Assembly (NCBI RefSeq): GCF_000765475.1
Contig: NZ_JRHO01000002.1
Span: 99,374 to 131,373 of the forward strand
Direction: 5' to 3'
Source of the DNA: Methanococcoides methylutens
GTDB taxonomy: Archaea; Halobacteriota; Methanosarcinia; Methanosarcinales; Methanosarcinaceae
Length of the DNA stretch: 32,000 nt
Of the stretch, positions 24,256 through 32,000 are shown piece by piece. Below the pieces are notes generated by a model. It saw only the letters and a program-made list of their open reading frames with translations. It was not told the origin of the DNA and did not search any database. The translations under genes and the position numbers were made by a program. Each line of letters starts with the position of its first letter. Position 1 is the stretch's first letter.

Positions 24256-26705
24256 CCATGGTTCAAACTTTCATAAGCATGGAAGAGGCAAAGAACGCAA
24301 CCATAAGTGAAATACTGGAAAAGCTTTCATCGGGTGAAAAGGGTCTTTCTGCTTCAGAAGCAGAAGAGCGACTTCAGCAATATGGGCCTAATGAGATTAC
24401 TGAAAAGAAAACCAGCTCAATTGTCAAATTCTTAAGCTATTTTTGGGGACCCATTCCATGGATGATCGAAATCGCAGCAATCCTATCTGCAATCCTCCAT
24501 CGGTGGGAGGACTTTTCGATTATCTTTTCGCTGCTGATGTTAAATGCCATGGTAGGATTCTGGCAGGAACACAAAGCAGACAATGCTATTGAATTGTTAA
24601 AACAGAAATTGGCCGTGAAAGCAAGGGTGCTTCGCGATAACAAATGGCTTGAAGTCACTGCTCGCGAAATAGTGCCTGGAGATGTGATACGTCTCCGTCT
24701 AGGTGATATTTTACCCGCGGATGTTAAACTCATAAGTGGAGATTATCTGCTGGTAGATGAATCTGCATTAACCGGCGAATCCCTCCCTGTGGAAAAGCAT
24801 GTTCTTGATATTGCATACTCCGGTTCCGTTATCCGTCAGGGTGAAATGGATGCATTGGTAGTTGCCACCGGGATGGGAACATATTTCGGCAAGACCGCTA
24901 AGCTGGTGGAAGAAGCCAAAACCCAAAGCCACTTCCAGAAGGCTGTCATCAAGATAGGTGACTATCTGATTGCTTTTGCTCTTGTACTTGTAGTCCTGAT
25001 ATTTTTTGTGGTGCTTTATCGTCATGAAAGTCTGTTGGATTTTTCCCAATTTGCGCTGGTACTAATTGTAGCAGCTATACCGGCAGCCTTACCGGCAGTT
25101 CTTTCGGTGACTATGGCGGTAGGTGCGATATCTCTGGCTAAAGAGGGAGCTATCGTTACTAAACTTGCTGCTATCGAGGAAATGGCTGGAATGGATATTT
25201 TGTGTTCAGATAAGACGGGCACCATTACTAAAAATGAGCTGGTCCTTTCCGAAATAAAGCCCTTCCAGGATTTTTCAGAAAAAGATGTGCTTCTGTTTGC
25301 CACCTTGGCATCTAGAGAAGAGAATCAGGATCCTATTGATAATGCAATTGTTACGAAAACCAAAACTATACAGGATTTTGACGGGATAACTGGTAGCTAC
25401 AAGGTAATTGCGTTCAAACCTTTTGACCCCGTTTCAAAAATGACAGAAGCTACAATAGAACATACCAATGGAAATCGGTTCAAGGTAACTAAGGGGGCAC
25501 CCCAGGTAATTCTGTCTCTTATAAACAGGAAAGATACATCCAGTGCACAGGTTGATGAAGATGTTAACAATTTTGCTTCCAAAGGATATCGGGCATTAGG
25601 TGTTGCCAGAACCGATGACAAAGGAAGTTGGCATTTTGCCGGTCTTATTGCTCTTTACGACCCACCACGCGAAGATTCCAAAGAAACTATCAAAAAAGCA
25701 CAATCCATGGGCGTGAATGTCAAAATGGTTACCGGTGATCACCTAGCTATTGCTAAGGAGATTTCCAAACAAGTAAATCTAAACCCAGAAATCGCGCTTG
25801 CTACCTCCTTTCTGGATATGCCCGACAGGAAAGCACAGGATGTTGTTGAAACTGCAAATGGTTTTGCCCAGGTATTCCCGGAACATAAGTACCATATTGT
25901 TGAACTACTACAGCGTAAGGATCATATTGTAGGTATGACAGGCGACGGGGTCAATGATGCACCAGCCCTAAAAAAGGCCGATGCCGGTATTGCTATTGCC
26001 GGTGCTACGGATGCAGCCAAATCCGCTGCTGACATCGTGCTAACAAAGCCCGGACTTTCCGTCATTATCGATGCGATCAAGGAGAGTCGTAAAATATTCC
26101 AGCGGATGAACAATTATTCCATCTATCGTATTGCTGAAACAATTCGAATACTGCTTTTCATAACTCTTTCCATCATCGTATTTCAGTTCTATCCTGTTAC
26201 TGCTTTAATGATAGTTTTGTTAGCACTTCTAAATGACGCACCGATCATGACCATTGCTTACGATAATGTCATATATTCTGATACACCGGAAAAATGGGAT
26301 ATGCGAACTTTATTAAGTATGGCTACGATACTTGGAATCATTGGAGTTACTACATCATTTGGAATCCTTTATATAGGCTTACATGTTTTTCACTTAAACC
26401 ATGAAGTTCTCCAGTCTTTTATCTATCTAAAGCTCTCTGTAGCTGGCCACTTAACAATGTTTGTAGCAAGAACAAAAGGTCCCTTCTGGTCAGTAAAACC
26501 AGCAGCACCCTTATTTATAGCAGTTATAGCTACACAACTAATTGCCACCATAATCACTGTTTACGGGATTTTACTCCCTGCAATGGGATGGAATCTGGCA
26601 CTGTTTGTTTGGGGGTATGCATTGGCGGCTTTTATTATAACTGATCTCATAAAAGTTCGCGCTTACGAATTGCTTAACCACACAGGTATAAGATTTCACA
26701 GGTAA
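24252..26705 (+). CDS. P-type ATPase, type IIIA (plasma-membrane H+-ATPase-like)
   Basis: 817 aa. It has the phosphorylation motif CSDKTGTITKN, plus TGES, MVTGDH and GMTGDGVNDAPALKKADAGIA. The N-terminal GLSASEAEERLQQYGPNEITEKK...FLSYFWGPIPWMIE closely parallels plant/fungal PMA and the archaeal MJ1226 type. Confidence 0.95.
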   Translation: MTMVQTFISMEEAKNATISEILEKLSSGEKGLSASEAEERLQQYGPNEITEKKTSSIVKFLSYFWGPIPWMIEIAAILSAILHRWEDFSIIFSLLMLNAMVGFWQEHKADNAIELLKQKLAVKARVLRDNKWLEVTAREIVPGDVIRLRLGDILPADVKLISGDYLLVDESALTGESLPVEKHVLDIAYSGSVIRQGEMDALVVATGMGTYFGKTAKLVEEAKTQSHFQKAVIKIGDYLIAFALVLVVLIFFVVLYRHESLLDFSQFALVLIVAAIPAALPAVLSVTMAVGAISLAKEGAIVTKLAAIEEMAGMDILCSDKTGTITKNELVLSEIKPFQDFSEKDVLLFATLASREENQDPIDNAIVTKTKTIQDFDGITGSYKVIAFKPFDPVSKMTEATIEHTNGNRFKVTKGAPQVILSLINRKDTSSAQVDEDVNNFASKGYRALGVARTDDKGSWHFAGLIALYDPPREDSKETIKKAQSMGVNVKMVTGDHLAIAKEISKQVNLNPEIALATSFLDMPDRKAQDVVETANGFAQVFPEHKYHIVELLQRKDHIVGMTGDGVNDAPALKKADAGIAIAGATDAAKSAADIVLTKPGLSVIIDAIKESRKIFQRMNNYSIYRIAETIRILLFITLSIIVFQFYPVTALMIVLLALLNDAPIMTIAYDNVIYSDTPEKWDMRTLLSMATILGIIGVTTSFGILYIGLHVFHLNHEVLQSFIYLKLSVAGHLTMFVARTKGPFWSVKPAAPLFIAVIATQLIATIITVYGILLPAMGWNLALFVWGYALAAFIITDLIKVRAYELLNHTGIRFHR

Positions 26706-26814
26706 AATGATCATGACAAATTCATTAATTACAATAACCAGTTAAATTATTTTGCGAATAAGATAACCGTGTGGTTTTTACCTGCTTCGCAACATAGGAA
26801 TTAATAGTGATAAC

Positions 26815-27762
26815 ATGTGGGGATCGATGATGCTTCGTAAAAGGATGATGGGGATGTTAAGCAGATATAAAATGATTCAATTGTTGATAACATTATTTTT
26901 CCTGATAATTATTACAGGTGCTTCTTCAGCTGCCACTATCACTGTTAACGACGATCCGGAAGCAAATTATACCAGCATACAGGATGCTATAGACAATTCA
27001 AATTCCGGAGATACTATTCTTGTTAACCCTGGCACTTATAATGAAAATTTGAACATAAACAAGCCATTAACAATAGTATCCAATTCCGAAATTCCTGATA
27101 AAACTACTGTTCAAGCTAGTGAAAATGATAATGTTTTCTATATAACCTCAAATAATGTGATCATCAGGGGGTTTAGCATAACAGGTACCCATGGACCTTC
27201 AAAAGCCGGGATTTATCTCGACGAAGTTGAAGAATGTATAATTACCAACAACATCCTGTCAAACAATGAGAATGGTATTGAACTTGTTTCTTCAAGTAAT
27301 AACATTCTTATCAATAACACTATAAAATCAAACACTTTCGATGGCATCTTTCTTGAGCGATCAAATAATAATGAGCTAAGAAATAACAGTATATACTTTA
27401 ACATATGGAATGGAATCGTTCTGGAGGCATCCAACAACAACAGATTCAGCAACAATACAATTAATTCAAACCGTCTGGATGGAATTTCCTTTATTAATTC
27501 CAACAATAATCTGATCAACAATAACAGTATAGGCTCAAACGGCAAGAATGGAATCTCTCTAGATATATCCAATAACAATACACTGAACGATAATTTTCTG
27601 ATAAATAATAGTGAAGGGATCGAAGCAGATTATTCTGAAAATCATATTTACAATAATCACATCAGTAATAGAGAAGTCTCCAGGATACCATTCGTTAATA
27701 ATTTAATTACCTTGATCATGGTTGGAATCTGTTGCTTATTCATGAGGAAAGAAAAAAAATAA
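26815..27762 (+). CDS. Secreted right-handed parallel beta-helix (PbH1/NosD-like) repeat protein with a C-terminal TM anchor
   Basis: 315 aa. The signal peptide is ...LLITLFFLIIITGASSAA. About seven Asn-rich 22-23-aa repeats follow (SNNxxxNNxIxSNxxDGI). The C-terminus is IPFVNNLITLIMVGICCLFMRKEKK, a TM span plus a basic tail. The start among several N-terminal Met codons is uncertain. Confidence 0.8.
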   Translation: MWGSMMLRKRMMGMLSRYKMIQLLITLFFLIIITGASSAATITVNDDPEANYTSIQDAIDNSNSGDTILVNPGTYNENLNINKPLTIVSNSEIPDKTTVQASENDNVFYITSNNVIIRGFSITGTHGPSKAGIYLDEVEECIITNNILSNNENGIELVSSSNNILINNTIKSNTFDGIFLERSNNNELRNNSIYFNIWNGIVLEASNNNRFSNNTINSNRLDGISFINSNNNLINNNSIGSNGKNGISLDISNNNTLNDNFLINNSEGIEADYSENHIYNNHISNREVSRIPFVNNLITLIMVGICCLFMRKEKK

Positions 27763-28005
27763 CGATTAATTTTTTTTACCCGTCTCTTCAATATATTCTA
27801 CCTTGAGTAACCGGAAGTTTTCTCACATAGAGCTATTTAAGAGATTTTGAGAGTGGATGCCATCATAATAGGATAAGGGATATTTGAAAATTTTGTGATT
27901 TCTCTTTCCCGTTTATCTATATTTCAATAAATTGGTGCATTGTTACACAGAATAGTGAGTAATATATGGAAAATATTATTAATTAAGTCGTTTCTCTAAA
28001 TTAAT

Positions 28006-30250
28006 GTGTCAGGAGATAATGATATTCGGGTAAGCCTGAGCAGGGACTTAACGCTTTTTGATATAACAATGATAGGCATTGCCGGCATGATCGGTGCAGG
28101 TATTTTTGCTCTCACCGGTATTGCCACAGGAATTGCAGGCCCTGCAGTCATTCTTGCATTTCTCCTGAATGGTATAGTTGCAACTTTTACCGGGCTGGCA
28201 TATGCAGAGCTTGGTTCTGCCATTCCGGAAGCAGGTGGAAGCTATCTCTGGATAAAGTAAGGTATTGGAAACCATTTTGGATTCCTTGCCGGCTGGATCG
28301 ACTGGGCAGCCCATACTATAGCATGTTCCCTGTATGCGGTAACATTCGGTGCATTCTTTTCCGAACTTGTAGTTCATTTTCTCGGATATGAAGGAATCCC
28401 ACAGGGCACTTTGCTGAGCATCTCTGCATTTGGTATTGTCACTCTCATGGCCTACCTTAATTATCTTGGTGCAAAAGAAAGCGGAAAATTGGAGGTATAG
28501 TAACTCTTTTCAAAGTTGCTATTCTTGTAGTTTTCGCGGCTTTTGGAATTTACAAAACGTTCCTCAAACCTGACTGGTCTGCTGCTTTCCTTAATGACCC
28601 ATCGTTTCTTCCTAATGGTTTTGGTGGCATTCTCGTTGCAATGGGACTTACATTCATAGCATTCGAAGGATATGAGATAATTGTTCAGAGCGGTGAAGAG
28701 GTTAAAAATCCGGAGAAGAACATACCCAGGGCAGTACTGGTATCTCTTTGGGTTGCTGTTATCATCTATATAATGGTGGCCTTTGCTCTGATAGGTGCTA
28801 TTCAGGTAGGTGTACCCAGCTGGATGTATCTTGGAGAACTTGCTGAGTTCAGTATGATACGGGTTGCAGATCAGATAATGGCATTCGGTTCTGTCCTTAT
28901 AATTGCGGGCGGTCTTGTTTCTACGATAAGCGCTATGAATGCTACTGTTTATTCTTCTTCCAGGGTTGCGTTTGCCCTTGGCAGGATGGGTTATCTGCCG
29001 GAAGCTCTTTCCAGAATAAATGAAAAGAGAAGAACACCTCATTATGCTATTCTTTTCAGTTATTTCATCATTGTATCCATGACCCTCGCACCCATTGAAA
29101 CCGTCGCATCAGCAGCTGACATAATGTTCCTTATCCTCTTCATTCTGGTTAATTCCGTACTTATTATACTGAGGTTCAGACGACCTGATCTAAAAAGGGC
29201 CTTTAAGATGCCCTTTGCTCCTTATCTTCCAATATTTGCAATAATAGTCCAGCTTGTCATTGGTTATTATCTTGTTACAGAGATCGAACACACAACATTT
29301 GTTGCAGGAATAACAATATTCTGGGTACTTGCCGGTTCATTCTTCTACTTCTCTTATTCTGAGAAAGAAATCAAGAGACGCTCGAAGTATCTCATAAAAA
29401 AGCTCTATGAGGAAAAACCATTTGCTGAGGAAGAATACAAGATACTGGTTCCAATAAAGAATATCGCTAATGCAGGAAACCTCGCAGATCTTGCCAATAT
29501 GATTGCAAAGGAAAAAAAGCTCACATTGTCTTCCTGAAGGTTTTGACCTTCCCTGAACAGACCCCTCTTTCGGCCTCTGATGCATATGTGGATGAGAAGC
29601 GCTCCCTGATGAGAGAACTTATAAATTCTGTTGATGTCCCTGCAGGAGGCGTCATTAAAGTTGGAAGGAATGCTTCTGATTCAATTCTTGATACCATCGA
29701 GGAAGAAAAACCTGATATGCTTATAATGGGCTGGAGGGGAAGGACTTTCCGCCGTGACTTTGTACTTGGAAGTACCCTGGATCCTATTTTACTCAAGGCT
29801 TCATGTGACGTTGTTATTGCCAGGTTTGGTCCGGGTAAGTCTCTCAGGAAGGTCAGGAATATATTGTTGCCCACTGCAGGAGGGCCACATGCCTCTCTTG
29901 CAGCCGAACTTGCCAGGGACCTGGCTGTTGCGGAAAACGCAAATGTGACCATGTTCAATGTGGGCAGGTCTGCTGATGATGAAAACAGGGCTATGGAAGG
30001 TTTCAGGAACCTTGAGGGCTTCTTTGAAGGTGTGGATTACACGCAGAAGTTTACCGTATCAGACAACATAGAAAAAGGTCTGTCCAATGAGGCAAAGAAG
30101 CAGGATGTGGTGTTTATTGGTGCCACTACCAGACCATTCCTTAAAAATTTCCTGATGGGTGTTTTCCCTGAAAAGATCATCAGCAACAGTGATACTACTG
30201 TCATAATGACAAGGAAATGGGTAAAGCTCATTGATGTCATTAAGAAGTGA
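28006..30250 (+). pseudogene. APC-family permease fused to two C-terminal universal-stress-protein (UspA) domains, inactivated by one nonsense codon and two 1-nt deletions
   Basis: GTG start at 28006. Lesion 1: an in-frame TAA at 28258-28260 between ...GGSYLWIK and GIGNHFGFLAGWIDW... Lesion 2: the frame moves -1 at ttgga(g) 28489-28493, where ...GAKESGKL then GGIVTLFKVAIL... is expected. Lesion 3: the frame moves -1 again in the A7 run 29512-29518, where ...MIAKEKK then AHIVFLKVLTFPEQ... is expected. The repaired length is 749 codons. Confidence 0.85.
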
Positions 30251-30344
30251 AGGTAATTCCGTATTAAACTGGTTTTAAACACGATATATTTTTGGGAATT
30301 TAGAATACTCAATAAATTATCTTAACTCCAGGTTAGGAGTAATA

Positions 30345-31121
30345 TTATTTTGTGCAGATATAAGCACATGTATTTTTCATCACTTCTAGCTTTTTATTTA
30401 CAGTAAATCCTGCTCTCTCAAGCATTCCCCACATTATCCAATCCCAGGTGCTGTACTCATCGCGAACATGAGTGATAGCCTCATCAGCCATCGCATCTCC
30501 TGCAAGGTTTCTCATATTATTAAGCCAGTCGTTTATTTCATTCTCATATTCTTTTGGTTGAAATCCAAACACTACATCCCCAAGGAATAATTTCCCTCCG
30601 GGTTTAAGGATCTCATAGAAATTACAAAGAGCTAGCTGTTTCCAGAAATCGGGAAGATGGTGTAAAGCGACATTTGATATAATTGCATCCGCTTGTTCTC
30701 CCTTGTGATCATATGTCAGGAAACCGGCATGAGTTGTTGTAATATTTTTTATACTTTTTTGTGTTGCTTTCTTTTCAAGAACAGCAAGCATCTCTTTTGA
30801 AATGTCAACGGCGTAAACATGTTTACACATCCGGGCAAGGTGGATACTCAGCCCACCTGTGCCACATCCAAGGTCTACAATAATTGACTCGGCAGATAGG
30901 TTAAGATCATTATAGATTTGGGTCGCTTCCTGCTTGAAGTTTCTGAATCCCTGATGGCGATTGTCATAATCTTCAACAACGTTTTGGGCTGAATAGTCAA
31001 CTCCGACATGTTTCATCTCATCAAATAACCAAACTGGAGTATTCTTCATGCATAATTCTCCTTTTCTCAATTCCAATGTTAGGTATTTCTTCTTTGATTG
31101 CTGTTTGAGTTTCAGAGTCAT
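30345..31121 (-). CDS. Class I SAM-dependent methyltransferase
   Basis: 258 aa (234 aa if started at M25, 31049). Motif I is IVDLGCGTGGLS, with AVDIS, ISNVALHHL and LKPGGKLFLGDV. The M1 start overlaps the upstream stop (ATGA, 31118-31121). Confidence 0.85.
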   Translation of the reverse strand: MTLKLKQQSKKKYLTLELRKGELCMKNTPVWLFDEMKHVGVDYSAQNVVEDYDNRHQGFRNFKQEATQIYNDLNLSAESIIVDLGCGTGGLSIHLARMCKHVYAVDISKEMLAVLEKKATQKSIKNITTTHAGFLTYDHKGEQADAIISNVALHHLPDFWKQLALCNFYEILKPGGKLFLGDVVFGFQPKEYENEINDWLNNMRNLAGDAMADEAITHVRDEYSTWDWIMWGMLERAGFTVNKKLEVMKNTCAYICTK

Positions 31122-31870
31122 TTATCTGCGTTCTTCTGTAAAATGAAGAACGTATAACCATATTCATCCGGGTGTTCTCTGAAGATCTTTATCTCTCTTC
31201 TGTTAAAACTAAGTATCTCTTCTGCCTCGGTGTTTCCTTTATAGCTATCACTGATGTCATCGACTCTTTTTTCCAGATAGGCATAAAAATCCCACCAGGC
31301 AGAAGCTGGTAATTTAAAGCAGTCAATGAGATCATATCCTACTGACAGGATAACTTTTTCAGTATCAGGTATGTTCTTGATATCAGGATAACAGTCCTGC
31401 CAGAATTGAATAACTTCCGAAGAAGGTTCATCTGTGAACCATGTGCTTTCTGTCAGTGCCATATAACCTCCTTCTTTCAGAAACTGTTTCCAGTAGCTAA
31501 GCCCTTTTTCAAAACCAATGACAAAGATAGAGCCTTCTGCCCAGATGAGATCGAATTCTCCTGCTTCAAAAGGCAGGTCATCCATGGAAGCACGAACCGT
31601 GGTGATCCTGTCATTGACTCCATCTTCAACTGCATTTTCCATCAGCTTATCCAGAAAAGGCTGGTAAATGTCAGTTGCAGTGATGTGGCAGTCGTTGCAG
31701 ATCTTCGCAAGATGAATTGTCTGCATACCCACACCGCAACCAATGTCAAGGATCTTACTGCCTGCAGGAAGGGAAGAAAGCAAATTAAAAGCTTTTTCAG
31801 TACACTTGTTATTACCCGGACTCTGTCTGGGCAATCCATCAAATATCTCAAAAATCGGTGATTCTGTCAC
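31118..31870 (-). CDS. Class I SAM-dependent methyltransferase
   Basis: 250 aa. LPRQSPGNNKCTEKAF...ILDIGCGVGMQTIHLA, ATDI, FDLIWAEGSIFVIGFEKGL and LKEGGYMALTESTWF identify a widespread methyltransferase subfamily of unknown substrate. Confidence 0.85.
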   Translation of the reverse strand: MTESPIFEIFDGLPRQSPGNNKCTEKAFNLLSSLPAGSKILDIGCGVGMQTIHLAKICNDCHITATDIYQPFLDKLMENAVEDGVNDRITTVRASMDDLPFEAGEFDLIWAEGSIFVIGFEKGLSYWKQFLKEGGYMALTESTWFTDEPSSEVIQFWQDCYPDIKNIPDTEKVILSVGYDLIDCFKLPASAWWDFYAYLEKRVDDISDSYKGNTEAEEILSFNRREIKIFREHPDEYGYTFFILQKNADK

Positions 31871-32000
31871 AAATATATCGAACAGATAATTGCATAAATC
31901 TGTTGTGGTCTCCTGATAATGATTGCGTTTTCATCAATGTGTTTCTTAAGATTATTCAAGCTTTATAACAAAGATTATATGATCTCAAGTTGCGCTCAAC

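Noticed and set aside
27240-27620. Periodic ~66-69-bp Asn-codon-rich repetition as a DNA tandem repeat or CRISPR-like array
   Set aside because: The units are imperfect at the DNA level and lie inside one long ORF. They correspond to 22-23-aa PbH1 beta-helix turns. There are no spacer/repeat alternation and no cas genes.
28258-28500. In-frame TAA (28258-28260) and TAG (28498-28500) as programmed recoding such as pyrrolysine
   Set aside because: Pyrrolysine is encoded by TAG, not TAA. The TAG is immediately followed by TAA. Homology continues in the -1 frame starting a few nt before the TAG, so a 1-nt deletion explains it better. The gene carries a third lesion as well, which fits decay.
24437-31861. 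Shadow ORFs inside the P-type ATPase, beta-helix, APC-USP and methyltransferase genes (24437-25621, 25922-26113, 27213-27578, 27996-28377, 28461-29042, 29337-29958, 30037-30312, 31406-31861)
   Set aside because: The reasoning is the same. They overlap well-supported genes on the opposite strand or in another frame and show low-complexity or implausible composition.
1-32000. Mobile element, prophage, defence island or CRISPR content
   Set aside because: I recognised no transposase, integrase, recombinase, Cas, restriction-modification or toxin-antitoxin signatures. I saw no long terminal inverted or direct repeats. The pseudogenes present are transporter genes inactivated by small local lesions, not insertions.

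Overview
The window reads as archaeal chromosome, most plausibly a Methanosarcinales methanogen (Methanococcoides/Methanolobus-like). That call is inference only. It rests on AT-rich spacers with TATA-like boxes, a PGF-CTERM sorting signal, an MJ1559-type NTPase, a multi-subunit 2-oxoacid:ferredoxin oxidoreductase and a fused HgcAB-like gene. I support about 28 protein genes, tightly packed except for a roughly 1 kb gene desert at 5.4-6.4 kb. No rRNA, tRNA, CRISPR array, transposase or integrase was recognised. Main content: (1) a translationally coupled pair at 18.0-19.8 kb, a SAM methyltransferase plus a three-domain HgcA-like corrinoid / membrane / HgcB-like ferredoxin fusion, whose diagnostic motifs differ from true mercury methylases. 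This is the best candidate for an uncharacterised system. (2) A cluster at 7.0-13.0 kb of an AMP-forming medium-chain acyl-CoA synthetase, a Leu/Val-type amino-acid dehydrogenase and a gamma/delta-alpha-beta 2-oxoacid:ferredoxin oxidoreductase. This fits reductive assimilation of short branched acids into amino acids. (3) A eukaryote-type (GT3) glycogen synthase homologue. (4) Three APC permeases, two of them inactivated: one by a perfect 7-bp tandem duplication, the other by an in-frame TAA plus two 1-nt deletions. (5) A type IIIA P-type H+-ATPase, a Gdx/SugE exporter with a GbsR-like regulator, several class I methyltransferases and two cell-surface proteins. (6) A GC-rich nested-hairpin island in the gene desert, a possible minus-strand sRNA. 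All family calls come from reading motifs by eye and from memory of the families; no searches were run.
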